Source: an uncultured Gemmatimonadaceae bacterium (GTDB lineage Bacteria; Gemmatimonadota; Gemmatimonadetes; Gemmatimonadales; Gemmatimonadaceae). From it: a stretch of DNA of 64,000 bases. Location of the stretch: the NCBI GenBank assembly GCA_963761305.1, contig CAVXGK010000001.1, positions 1,280,001-1,344,000 of the forward strand. Direction: 5' to 3'. The notes under the pieces were generated by a model. That model was not told the origin of the DNA. It did no database searches and saw nothing but the letters and a program-made list of their open reading frames with translations. Below, piece after piece: positions 47,293-57,227 of the stretch; positions within the stretch are counted from its first letter, which is position 1; each line of letters begins with the position of its first letter. The translations under genes and the position numbers were made by a program.

Positions 47293-49950
47293 GTCGGCGC
47301 AGGAAGTTTTTCCGTCTGCCCTGGCGCACCAAGCGACAGATCCGCGCCGATCTCGAGACGGAGCTCTCGTTTCACCTCGACATGCGGGTCGACGCGCTCG
47401 TCGCGCTCGGCCATGTCGCCCGACGCCGCTCGCGCGCAAGCGATGCGCGAGTTCGGCGACATCGACGACGCGCGGCGCTACATCGGCGCCGTGGATTTCG
47501 ACACCGAAACCGCTCAACGGCGGAGTGAGTACATGCGCGACCTGTGGCAGGACATCGTCTACGCCGCGCGCAAGCTGCGCGCCTCGCCGGCCTTTACCGT
47601 CGCCGCGATCGTCACGCTGGCGCTCGGCATCGGTGCCACCACAGCGATCTTCTCCGTCGTCGATCGCGTGCTGCTCCAGCCGCCGCCGTTCTCGAATCCG
47701 GACCATCTCGTCCGCATTCGATTCTCGCAACAGGGCCACGGCGACGCCGGCACGCCGATGGACATGGTCGACTATCCGACGCAAGCCAAGGACTTCGTCG
47801 GCTTTTCCGTCCTGGATGGCTGGACGGCGAACGTCGTCCGCGAAACGGGAGACGCCGAGCGGGTGCAGGGCGTGCGCGTGGGCGCGAACTGGTTCGACTT
47901 GCTGCGCGTCAAGCCGCTACACGGGCGTTTCTTCCGCGAAGGCGAGGACAAGCTCGGCGCGCCGGACGTCGTCGTGCTCAGCGAACAACTCTGGCGCCGC
48001 GTGTTCGGCGCCAACGAGGGTGTGATCGGCAAGACGGTACGCATCAACTCGCGTCCGTTTACGATCATCGGCGTGGCGCCGGCCGGCGAACGCTATCCGT
48101 TCACCACCGAGCTCTGGGCGCCGCGTTCGTTCACCGCGCAGGAGCTGAGCGACGGATCGCGCGACGCGCGGTGGTTGGCCGTCGTGGCGCGGGTGAAGGA
48201 CGGCGTCTCCGTAGATGCGGCGAACAATGAAGTGCGGCTCATCTCCGAGTCGATGGAGCATCGGTTCCCGGAGGACTATCGGGAGCGCCGTGCGCGTGTG
48301 ATCAGCATACAGGAAGTCACCATCGGCGATCTGCGCAAGCCGCTCTACGTGATTTTTGCCGCCGTCGTGCTCGTGCTGCTCATCGCCTTCGCGAACGTCA
48401 CCAACCTGCTGCTCGTGCGCGCGTCGAGCCGCGAAACCGAGATGGCGATTCGCAGCGCGCTCGGCGCGGGACGCGGCCGGCTCGTGCGACAATTGATGAC
48501 AGAGAGCGTGATGCTCGCGGCGATCGGGACCGCGGCCGGCATCGGGTTCGCGAAGCTCGGGATGACGCTCCTCCTCGGACACGTGCCGCCCGGCCTCGTG
48601 CTGGTGAACGAGGCGTCGATCGACGGCCGTACGCTCGCACTCACGACGGTCGTCGCGGTGCTCAGCGGTTTGATCTTCGGCTCGCTCCCCGCGCTGCAGG
48701 TCGCCGGCGGCGGTGTCGCGACGACGCTTCGCGCGGGCGGGCGCGGGACGCAAGGCAAAACGATGACGAGCCGCGCCAAGCGCGCGATCGTCGTCGCCGA
48801 GTTGGCGCTCGCCGTCATGCTGCTCAGCGGCGCGGGACTTCTGCTCCGGAGCTTCAACCGGTTGATGTCGGTCGATCCGGGTTTCCGTCCCGAAGCCGTG
48901 ATGTCGATGAAGGTGTCGCTGCCGCAATCGGCGTACGATTCGACGAGCGAACGGAATTTCGTGCGGCAGGTGATGGAGCGGGCGAGCGCCCTTCCCGGCG
49001 CCACGAGCGCGGCGATGAGCAACTTCGTTCCGCTCGACGGGTCGACGTACGACTTCTCGTTCACGATCCGCGGCCGGCCGGCAGTGCGACCGAGCGACGA
49101 GCCGGACGCGCAAGTCCGGCAGGTCACGCCGAACTACTTCGCGACGCTTGGCGAGCCGGTCGTGCGCGGCCGCGCGATTCAGCCGAGCGACGCGCCGGGC
49201 GCGCCCAGCGTGTATGTCGTGAACCAGACGTTCGTGAAGCGCTTCTTCCCGAACGAGAATCCGATCGGCCAGTACATCAAGCTCGGATGGGGCGGCGATC
49301 CGAACGAGCCGTATTGCGAGATCGTCGGCGTCGTCGGCGACGTGCGGGGCAGCGGCCTCGGCGACGATCCGGTTTCGACGGTCTACGCGTCGCTCACCCA
49401 GCATCCCTTCTCGAACCTCACGATTCTCGTTCGCACTAGCGCGCCGCTGGCGTCGCTCGCGGCACCGCTGCGCGCCATCGTGCGCGATCTCGACCACGAC
49501 GTGCCCGTGTTCTCCGTGCAGACGATGGAGGAGCGCGTCGCGTCGTCGGTGGGGCGCGAGCGTTTCTACACGACGCTGGTCGCGATCTTCGCCGCCGTGG
49601 CGCTGGTGCTCGCCGCGGTCGGTCTCTACGGCGTCATCGCCTACGCGGTGAGTCAGCGGACGCACGAGTTGGGCGTGCGCGTCGCGCTCGGCGCGACGTC
49701 GCAGCGCATCTCGGCGATGGTGATTCGCGAGGGGCTCGCGCTCACCGCGGTCGGCGCGGCGATCGGCATCGTGGCGGCGCTTGGCGCCGGGAGCGTTGTC
49801 GCATCGCTCCTGTTCGGCGTCACGCCGCGTGACCCGATCACGCTCGTCGGAGTCGTCGTCGTGCTGGCGGCGGTCGCGATGCTCGCGAGTTGGCTGCCGG
49901 CTCGCCGCGCCGCGCGCGTCGACCCGTTGGTGGCGATGCGCGGAGAGTAA
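47289..49950 (+). CDS. ADOP family duplicated ABC permease (+1 frameshift near 47412)
   Basis: The prefix MSRRRKFFRLPW...ELSFHLDMR..LVALG joins MSPDAARAQAMREFGD; later motifs ALGIGATTAIFSVV, RTHELGVRVALGA and PARRAARVDP. Confidence 0.93.
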
Positions 49951-50064
49951 GCGGCGACCCGTCGCTGGCAGCGAGCGGAGCTCGGCGCGTATCGCGGCCG
50001 CTGATTGCGTCGCCGGCCCCGAAGACGCTAATTACGAGCTGAGCCGCGAGAGGCGAGAGAGAAA

Positions 50065-50097
50065 TCTGACGTCAGAAATCAGATATCTGACGTCAGA
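50065..50097. repeat. Twin 12-bp palindromes TCTGACGTCAGA, 21 bp apart
   Basis: Exact copies at 50065-50076 and 50086-50097, about 45 bp upstream of ATG 50143. Confidence 0.8.
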
Positions 50098-50142
50098 CGT
50101 CTTGTGGTTGTCGCCTCTCCGTCAACCGGTCACGGGGGAGCG

Positions 50143-50445
50143 ATGAAGATTCTTCAGGTCGTGCCGAGGGCTGACAGCGAGGAGAGTCTCAAGGCGCTCC
50201 TCAAGGCAAAGCTGCGCGCACTGCGCGCGCGGCCGACGGCGTTCCGCCGCAAGGCCGAGGGCAAGCTGGCGCACGTGAAGTATCCCGGCTGGATTCGCTG
50301 GGATGAGACCCTGGGCGGCATCCTCGTCGCCGAGATTCACACCAAGGACGAGAGCTCGGAGTGGCTCCTGCTGCGCGCCTTCGTCGGCTATCTCGAGCGC
50401 CATCTACGCGAAAACATCGAAAACATCACCATCACCTACCGATGA
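50143..50445 (+). CDS. Hypothetical protein
   Basis: GGGGAG SD; MKILQVVP...HVKYPGWIRW...EWLLLRAFVGYLERH; stop overlaps the next start (ATGA). Confidence 0.75.
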   Translation: MKILQVVPRADSEESLKALLKAKLRALRARPTAFRRKAEGKLAHVKYPGWIRWDETLGGILVAEIHTKDESSEWLLLRAFVGYLERHLRENIENITITYR

Positions 50446-50861
50446 CGAAACGCTCAATCTTCGCCGCCGCCGGCGTGCTCGCGACCTTCTCGCTCGGCGC
50501 GACGGCCGACCATCTCGTCTTCGCCGCGCAGCAGCAGCCGGCGATCAAGCGCACGATCCTCCAGCGGACCGATGATCCCGCATCGTCCAGGTACGAGGCG
50601 ATCATGGGCATCTCGGAGATTCCGCCGGGCGGCACGTCGGGTCGGCACCGGCACGCGGGCATCGAACTGGCCTACGTTCTCGACGGCTCCGTCGAGCTCG
50701 TGCACGAGGGCAAACCGCCCGTGACCATCAAGGCCGGCGAGGTGACGACGAACACCGCCGGTGGCATTCACGTGGCGACGAACCGCGGTTCGGTTCCGGT
50801 CAAGATTCTCACCGTGTACGTCGTCGAGAAAGGCAAGCCGCTCGCCGAAATCGTACCGTAG
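50442..50861 (+). CDS. Exported cupin domain protein
   Basis: EIPPGGTSGRHRHAGIELAYVLDG...IHVATN...VYVVEKGKPL; N-terminal signal. Confidence 0.9.
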   Translation: MTKRSIFAAAGVLATFSLGATADHLVFAAQQQPAIKRTILQRTDDPASSRYEAIMGISEIPPGGTSGRHRHAGIELAYVLDGSVELVHEGKPPVTIKAGEVTTNTAGGIHVATNRGSVPVKILTVYVVEKGKPLAEIVP

Positions 50862-50869
50862 AACACGAG

Positions 50870-51394
50870 CTAGGAAGACGCTGCGTCTTCCTTGATCTGC
50901 GCGGCGTGGCGTGCCGCGTGAGAACCGGCGAACGCGATCCAGCCATAGCCTGAGAGTGGACCGAGCGCCGGATGCGGCGCCGAGACTTCGCCGAGCGACA
51001 GGCCGTCGGCGGATTGGATCACGTCCTTCAGCTCGCCGCGCGCCGCTTCGAACTCGGTCCACACGCGCGACGCGTCGGTGTCGCGCGGCTCACCGAACTC
51101 CGACGTCTTGACTCGTCGCGCCCGACCCTGCACGCGCTCCGTGTCGACGACCGTGAACACGGACGAGCTGTCCGTTTCGGGCGCGACCGCGCGCGCTTGC
51201 TCGATGAGCGATTGCAGTCGTTTGACGAGCAGCCGCTCGACGATCGTCACGTGATGCACGACCTCCGCCGCTGACCATCGGTCCGGCGCCGGGCGAATCG
51301 ACCGGCGCTCCGGCGGGATCGCCTCGAATTCGACGCGGAGCGCGTCGGCCTGGCGATCGATGTAGTCGAGAAGCTGCGCGATTCGTGGATGCAT
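50870..51394 (-). CDS. DinB family protein
   Basis: RPAPDRWSAAEVVHHVTIVE...PHPALGPL...W..FAGSHAARHAAQI. Confidence 0.9.
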   Translation of the reverse strand: MHPRIAQLLDYIDRQADALRVEFEAIPPERRSIRPAPDRWSAAEVVHHVTIVERLLVKRLQSLIEQARAVAPETDSSSVFTVVDTERVQGRARRVKTSEFGEPRDTDASRVWTEFEAARGELKDVIQSADGLSLGEVSAPHPALGPLSGYGWIAFAGSHAARHAAQIKEDAASS

Positions 51395-51515
51395 GTTCGA
51401 AAGAAAGTGCCTGTCGTGACGGCGTGAAAGCCGGTGAATCGCCTGGCGGAAGCGGCCCGCCGCGGCTATTGTCGCCGCACCTTTCGCCGTCTCCAACGCC
51501 GACGCCGAGCGATAC

Positions 51516-53276
51516 GTGCCCGCCTCGTCTCTCCAGAAGCCGCCGGACATTCGCGAGTTCTCGCCGCGCTCGATCTTCGTCGGATTGATCGTCGCGCTGG
51601 TCATCGGGGCGTCGTATCCGTACGTCGTACTCAAGTTCGGCTTCGGCCCGAACATCTCCGTCGTCTCGGCGTTCTTCGGCTTTCTGGCGCTCGGCCTCTT
51701 CTCGCGCAGCTACAACCGCTGGGAGAACAACGTCGTTCAGACCGCCGGCACCACGGCGGGGCAGATCGCCTTTCTGTGCTGGCTGCTCGCGGCGTTCGAC
51801 ATCATGAGCGCCGACCCGACCAGCGGGTTCGACATCCATCTGACGCGGATGCAGACGTTCATTTGGCTGTCGGCGTCGGGGCTGCTCGGCGTGTTCCTCG
51901 CCGTGCCGCTGCGCAAACATTTTATCGAAGACGAGAACCTTCCCTTCCCCGACGGCATCGCGGCGGGCGAGACGCTCATCATGCTCGACTCGCACGGCCC
52001 GCAGGCGCGCAAGTCGGCGTTCGCGATGGTCGGCGCGCTGCTCGTGTCGGGCCTGACGTTCCTCGGGACGCAGCTTCAGTGGATCGTCGACACGATTCCC
52101 GTCTCGGTCAACGCCTTCTCGTCGCGGCTCGGCATCGGGTTCGGCATCTCGTTCCTGAACATCGGATCGGGCATCATCATCGGGCTGCGCATCAGCACGA
52201 GCATGTTCATCGGCGGCGTCATCGGCTGGATCCTCGCGCCGCCGTGGCTTCTCTCGCACGGACTCATCGCCGCCGACGCGAAACGTGTCGACGTCTTGCT
52301 CACCGTGATGTGGTTCGCCGTCGGCATGCTGATCGCGGGCGGCATCGCGGGTCTCGCGCTGCGGTGGCGCGTGCTCGCGAAATCGTTCAAGGGATTGACC
52401 GCGAAGGGCGAGACCGGCGACTTGCCCCTGCACTGGGTGTGGATCGGCGCCGGCGCGTCGACGGTGTTTCTGATCATCGTGCAGAGCGCGTTCTTCCATA
52501 CGCCGGTCTGGCAATCGGTCGTCGCGATCGGGCTCTCGGTGCCGCTCGGCCTCGTCGCGTTGCGCGTGCTCGGCGAAACAAACTGGGGTCCGATCAGCAC
52601 GATGGTGAATCTCGTGCAGGCGATCTTCGGCGGACTCGCGCCGGGCGATCTGCGCGCGAGCATGGTGTCGAGCGGCATCACCGGCGCGGTGGCGGCCGAG
52701 TCGGAGGGGTTGATGCAGGACTTCCGCGCCGGCCAGATGATCAACTCGACGCCGCGGATCCTCACGTACATGCAGCTCCTCGCCGTGCCGTTTGGCGCGC
52801 TCGCGCTGGCGTTCATGTATCCGCTGCTGCGCGACACCTACGGCATCATCGGCGACCACGCGCAGCTGTTGAGTCCAACGTCGCAGCGGTGGGTCGGTTT
52901 CGCGAAGATCGTGACGCGCGATTTTTCGGCGGCGACGCTCACGCCGGCGGCGGCGATGCAACTGGCGTGGATGAAGGAGTCATTCGGCGCCGGCGTGGTC
53001 GTCGGCGTGCTGCTGACGTTGCTCGAGCAGCGAAAGGACTGGCACTGGTTCCTGCCATCGCCCACCGGCATGGGCATCGCGATGCTCATTCCGTTCAGCG
53101 CGGTGACGGTGATCTTCCTCGGCGCCGTCGCCGATCGCATTTGGAAGATGCTCAACCCCGGCACACACGAACGCTATTCGATTCCGGTCGCGTCGGGATT
53201 GATCGCCGGCGAAGCGTTGGTCGCGGTGATCATTCCGCTGCTCGTCACGCTGCACCTCATGAAGTTGCCGTCGTAG
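51516..53276 (+). CDS. OPT family oligopeptide transporter (second paralog)
   Basis: YVVLKFG, ENNVVQT, PLRKHFI...LPFPDG, GETNWGP, MQDFRAG and SGLIAGE. Confidence 0.9.
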   Translation: MPASSLQKPPDIREFSPRSIFVGLIVALVIGASYPYVVLKFGFGPNISVVSAFFGFLALGLFSRSYNRWENNVVQTAGTTAGQIAFLCWLLAAFDIMSADPTSGFDIHLTRMQTFIWLSASGLLGVFLAVPLRKHFIEDENLPFPDGIAAGETLIMLDSHGPQARKSAFAMVGALLVSGLTFLGTQLQWIVDTIPVSVNAFSSRLGIGFGISFLNIGSGIIIGLRISTSMFIGGVIGWILAPPWLLSHGLIAADAKRVDVLLTVMWFAVGMLIAGGIAGLALRWRVLAKSFKGLTAKGETGDLPLHWVWIGAGASTVFLIIVQSAFFHTPVWQSVVAIGLSVPLGLVALRVLGETNWGPISTMVNLVQAIFGGLAPGDLRASMVSSGITGAVAAESEGLMQDFRAGQMINSTPRILTYMQLLAVPFGALALAFMYPLLRDTYGIIGDHAQLLSPTSQRWVGFAKIVTRDFSAATLTPAAAMQLAWMKESFGAGVVVGVLLTLLEQRKDWHWFLPSPTGMGIAMLIPFSAVTVIFLGAVADRIWKMLNPGTHERYSIPVASGLIAGEALVAVIIPLLVTLHLMKLPS

Positions 53277-53277
53277 G

Positions 53278-54102
53278 ATGATCGTTCATCTCATCGACGG
53301 CACGTACGAGCTGTTCCGCCACTTTTATGGTCAGCGGCGGTTCAACGAGGGCCAAGACTCGAAGTACGGTGCGGCGATCGGCGTCTTGAACACCGTCCTC
53401 CAGATGATCGAAGGCGGCGCGACGCACCTCGGCGTCGCCACCGACCGCGTGATCGAGTCGTTCCGCAACGATCTCTGGCCCGGCTACAAGACGGGCGCGG
53501 GAATCGACGCCGCGCTGTGGGCGCAGTTTCGACCGCTGGAGGACGCGCTCGAGGCGATGGGCGTCGCGCTGTGGCCGATGGTCGAGCTCGAGGCGGACGA
53601 CGCGCTCGCATCGGCGGCACACATCGCCGAGCAGGACGCAGTGGTCGACAAGGTGTCGATCTGGACGCCCGACAAGGATCTCGCGCAGTGCGTGCGCGGC
53701 GACCGGGTGGTGCAGGTCGACCGTCGCTCGCAAAAAATTCGCGACGAAGCCGGCGTGCGCGAAAAGTTCGGCGTCGAGCCGCGTTTGATCCCCGACTATC
53801 TCGCGCTCGTCGGCGACAGCGCCGACGGTTATCCGGGTCTTCCCGGCATCGGCGCCGTGACCGCCGCTCGACTCATCAACCGCCACGGGCCGCTCGAGCA
53901 ATTCCCCGCGGAGGTGCTCGGCGACAAGCGCGAGCTGGCACTGCTCTTCAAGACGCTCGCGACCCTCCGTACCGACGCGCCGCTATTCGCCGATGTCTCC
54001 GCGCTCGAGTGGCGCGGCCCAACCGCGCAGTTCGCCGAATTCGCAACGCGCTTCGACGATCCACGGCTGCAAGCCCGCGCTGCAGCGGCGGAAGCGCGTT
54101 AA
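53278..54102 (+). CDS. Stand-alone 5'-3' exonuclease/flap endonuclease (PolI N-terminal/Xni-like)
   Basis: IDG, SFRNDLWPGYK, EADD, DKD and LVGDSADGYPGLPGIG (H3TH). Confidence 0.92.
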   Translation: MIVHLIDGTYELFRHFYGQRRFNEGQDSKYGAAIGVLNTVLQMIEGGATHLGVATDRVIESFRNDLWPGYKTGAGIDAALWAQFRPLEDALEAMGVALWPMVELEADDALASAAHIAEQDAVVDKVSIWTPDKDLAQCVRGDRVVQVDRRSQKIRDEAGVREKFGVEPRLIPDYLALVGDSADGYPGLPGIGAVTAARLINRHGPLEQFPAEVLGDKRELALLFKTLATLRTDAPLFADVSALEWRGPTAQFAEFATRFDDPRLQARAAAAEAR

Positions 54103-54164
54103 CGTGGGTCGCCTGTGTGGCTCCGGGTGACGACGATGTCGGCTGTCCCTGGCATCTACGACAC

Positions 54165-54290
54165 GGTACTGCAACGGATTTCCGCGGAATGAACGGATGT
54201 CGCGGAAACAACATTGGCTTTCTAAAAAGGCTCTTGAGTCATGTTCCAATTCCGTCAGGTCCGCGAGAATCCGCAGTCCCTAGTCGTAGT
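54165..54290. repeat. Palindromic intergenic element, copy B (homologous to 41210-41360)
   Basis: The left arm GCAACGGATTTCCGCGGAATGAACGGATGTCGCGGAAACAACATTG aligns to GCAACGATTTCGCGGATTGAGCGGATTACGCGGAAAACCATTG. The right arm has periodic TCCG. Confidence 0.75.
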
Positions 54291-54329
54291 GGCCAGCCAG
54301 CGCGACAAAGGTTCGATGCTACACGAGTC

Positions 54330-56291
54330 TCATCGGACCACGAACGTCACCGTCGCCGGCTCGCTGGTCGCGCCGCCGCTGCTCACGGTGTAGGTGAACG
54401 AGTCCGTCCCGGTGAACGACGCGCTCGGCGTGTACGTGAAGCTGCCGTCCGGATTCAGCGCCAGCTTGCCGTGCGCCGGCTTCGTGACGACGGAAGCGGT
54501 CGCCGGTGACGCGCTCGCGTTCGCGAAACCCCGGCCGCCGGTTTCGACGAGGCCCGGCGCGCGCACGGCGAGCGGCTTGCCCTTCGCCAGCGCGTAGATG
54601 TGCGGCAGCGCGACAAGTCCGGGGGTCCCCGCTCCCCGTCCTCCTCCACGTCCCGCTGGCACGGCTGGCATCTCACTCGGCGAAAAGCGCGGCAGCATGT
54701 CGTCGCGATTGGCGAGTCCCCACATTACGGAGGCGGTGAGCACGGCGTTGTGCATCACGTCTTCCGGAACGATGCGCTCGTAGGTGTCGAGGTTCGTGTG
54801 CCACGTCGTGCTGTTGTACTCGATCGGGTCTTGTTGTGCGCCGATCCCGGGAAGGCCGGCGACGGCGAACGCGCCGTTGTCGCTGCCGCCCTCGACGCGC
54901 GCCGTGGACGCCGTCGCGCCGAACACGCCCCAATCGTCGAACGGCTTCAGGTACTGGGCGAGGATCGCCGCGGCCTGCGGCGGCCCGAAGATCGACGCGC
55001 CGCGTACGCGTCCCGTGCCATCGTCGATGTTCCAATAGGCGTCGATCTTGCCGAAGTCCTTCCCCGGCGACTCGGCGCTTCCAAAATGATCTTTCACATA
55101 TGCGAATGAGCCGAGCAAGCCTTCCTCTTCGCCACTCCAGAGCGCGACGCGGATCGTGCGGCGCGGCTTGGCGCCGATCGTCTCGAGGATGCGCGCCGCC
55201 TCCATCATGATCGCGCAGCCGATCGCGTTGTCCGTCGCGCCGGTGGCGCTGGTCCAGGAATCGAGGTGGCCGCCCATCATCACGACTTCGTCGGCCTTGT
55301 CCGTGCCGGGAATCTCGGCCACCGTCACGTACGACGTCTTGCCCTGCGGGAAGTACTGGTTCGATACGTTGAACTCGACCGCCACCGGCGTGCCGTCGCC
55401 GATGATGCGGAAGATGCGGCCGTAGTCGTCGGTGCGAAGAATGACGGCCGGCGGCTGTGGCGTCGTGTCGTCGTAGATCTGCCCCGCGCCGTTCTGCGCG
55501 ACGATCACGCCCGGAATGCGTCCCGGACCCTGCGGAGTGAGACGCAGCGCCGGCGGGTTGTCGCGCAGGAACTGCGTGATGCGCTGATTGACCTGTTGCG
55601 CCGAGAGATGACCTTCCGGTGGAGGCGTCTGCGCGCCGCGGCCTCCGCGTCCACCACCGAACGGACCGCCGCCGCGTCCGCCGCGTCCTGGGGCGTTCGG
55701 ATCCTGCGGCGCGTAGCGTTCGCGCACCTGATCGTCCGGCGTACGCTTGGCTCGCTCGTTGAAGTTCACCGGCACCGCGGGCGGCGCTCCGACCATGACG
55801 ATGCCGCCTTTCACCTTGTGCGCGAGCGGCGCGAGATAGTCGGCGAGCTCCTGCTCGGTCGGCGCTTCAGGCGGCACGATGCTCACCACGTCGCCCTTCA
55901 CCGTTCCTTTCGTCGACGGCGACCAGGGCACCGCCTCGAACTTCACGTTCGCGTGCACCGGCGACGTGATGAATCCCTCGGCGCGCCCCGGCACCCAGCC
56001 GACGCCGCGCCACGTGAACGGCTCGAGATGCGCGTTCTGCATGCCCCAACCCGTCATCGTCTTGACCGCCCAATTCGCCGCCGCGACGTGATTCGGCGAG
56101 CCGATCGGGCGCGGACCGTAGACGTCCGTCAAGAAGTGCTCGATCCACATGATCTTCGAATGATCCATGCCTTCCGCACGGATCTTCGCGTTCATCGCGG
56201 AATCGATGTGCTCCGCCGGCTGCTGCGCCGCGGCCGCGATCGAGAAAACGAAAAGAGGGGCAGCCGCCAACGACTGCAGTCGAATCGACAT
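54330..56291 (-). CDS. Exported M28 family peptidase with a C-terminal Big_9/cadherin-like domain
   Basis: GGHLDSW, GATDNAIG, WSGEEEGLLGS and WHTNLDT; C-terminal PAHGKLALNPDGSFTYTP...GTDSFTYTVS. Confidence 0.92.
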   Translation of the reverse strand: MSIRLQSLAAAPLFVFSIAAAAQQPAEHIDSAMNAKIRAEGMDHSKIMWIEHFLTDVYGPRPIGSPNHVAAANWAVKTMTGWGMQNAHLEPFTWRGVGWVPGRAEGFITSPVHANVKFEAVPWSPSTKGTVKGDVVSIVPPEAPTEQELADYLAPLAHKVKGGIVMVGAPPAVPVNFNERAKRTPDDQVRERYAPQDPNAPGRGGRGGGPFGGGRGGRGAQTPPPEGHLSAQQVNQRITQFLRDNPPALRLTPQGPGRIPGVIVAQNGAGQIYDDTTPQPPAVILRTDDYGRIFRIIGDGTPVAVEFNVSNQYFPQGKTSYVTVAEIPGTDKADEVVMMGGHLDSWTSATGATDNAIGCAIMMEAARILETIGAKPRRTIRVALWSGEEEGLLGSFAYVKDHFGSAESPGKDFGKIDAYWNIDDGTGRVRGASIFGPPQAAAILAQYLKPFDDWGVFGATASTARVEGGSDNGAFAVAGLPGIGAQQDPIEYNSTTWHTNLDTYERIVPEDVMHNAVLTASVMWGLANRDDMLPRFSPSEMPAVPAGRGGGRGAGTPGLVALPHIYALAKGKPLAVRAPGLVETGGRGFANASASPATASVVTKPAHGKLALNPDGSFTYTPSASFTGTDSFTYTVSSGGATSEPATVTFVVR

Positions 56292-56387
56292 TCGTGCTCC
56301 TGAACAGGCTGAGTGAGGTGCCGTTCGTATACGTTGGCGGCCAATGGCGTGTTGGGCAACGAGCCTGCGTGCTCTCCAGATTTGCCT

Positions 56388-56454
56388 CAACGATCGGACC
56401 GCGGACACAAACGGATTTGACGGATACGAACGGATGACGTGATTCTTGTTGTTC
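56388..56454. repeat. Half-element with 9-bp-periodic ACGGA(T)
   Basis: GCGGACACAAACGGATTTGACGGATACGAACGGATG followed by TTGTTGTT; no complementary arm found. Confidence 0.5.
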
Positions 56455-57201
56455 ATGGCGACCGAACTCCGTGGCCCGGTCAAGACACCTGTCTTCCTGA
56501 CGGCCGAATGGCTCAATCTCGTGCTGCTCAACTACATCGTGCCGCCGGCGCTCCTCGAGCCGCTGGTGCCGAACGGAACGGAGCTCGATCTCTGGCGCGG
56601 CGAGGCATACGTGAGCGTCGTCGGATTCGTGTTCGCCAACACGCGCGTGCGCGGTGTCGCGATTCCGTTTCACCAGACGTTCGAGGAAGTGAATCTGCGG
56701 TTCTACGTCAGGCGTCGTGTCGACGGCGACGAGCGGCGCGCCGTGACCTTCGTTCGCGAGCTCGTGCCTCGCCTCGCCATCGCCGTGACCGCGCGTCTCA
56801 TGTACAACGAGCCGTACCTGCACCTCGCGATGTCGCACCAAGTCGATCTCAATCCTTCCGCCCAGTCACGCGCCGAGTATCGGTGGACGTCGGAGGGCGC
56901 ATCGGGCGCTGTCGTCGGCGACGGATTGGGCGAACCAGGGGTTCCGGCCGCCGACACCGAGGAAGCGTTCATGACCCAACGGCACTGGGGTTACACGCGC
57001 CAGCGCGACGGGTCCACGGTCGAGTATTTCGTCGCGCATCCGGCGTGGCGCGTGAGCCGGATCGAGCGCGGCTTTCTCGACGGCGACGCGACGCGCGTGT
57101 TCGGCCCGGAGTTTGCCGCGATCTTCACCCGCCCGCCGAGCTCGGCCTTCTTCGCCGACGGTTCGGCGGTGGCGGTTCACGATCCGGTGCGGCTCGAGTA
57201 G
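56455..57201 (+). CDS. DUF2071/YqjF family protein
   Basis: FLTAEWLNLVLLNY..P..L, FEEVNLRFYVRR, YNEPY, HWGY, VEYFVAHP.W and FFADGS. Confidence 0.9.
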   Translation: MATELRGPVKTPVFLTAEWLNLVLLNYIVPPALLEPLVPNGTELDLWRGEAYVSVVGFVFANTRVRGVAIPFHQTFEEVNLRFYVRRRVDGDERRAVTFVRELVPRLAIAVTARLMYNEPYLHLAMSHQVDLNPSAQSRAEYRWTSEGASGAVVGDGLGEPGVPAADTEEAFMTQRHWGYTRQRDGSTVEYFVAHPAWRVSRIERGFLDGDATRVFGPEFAAIFTRPPSSAFFADGSAVAVHDPVRLE

Positions 57202-57227
57202 ATCGACGTCTCTTGCAAGGAGGATCG

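Noticed and set aside
54252..54280. SRP (4.5S) RNA suggested by GTCAGGTCCG
   Set aside because: The required GGAA loop and AGCAGC do not follow; the stretch is the right arm of a palindromic repeat.
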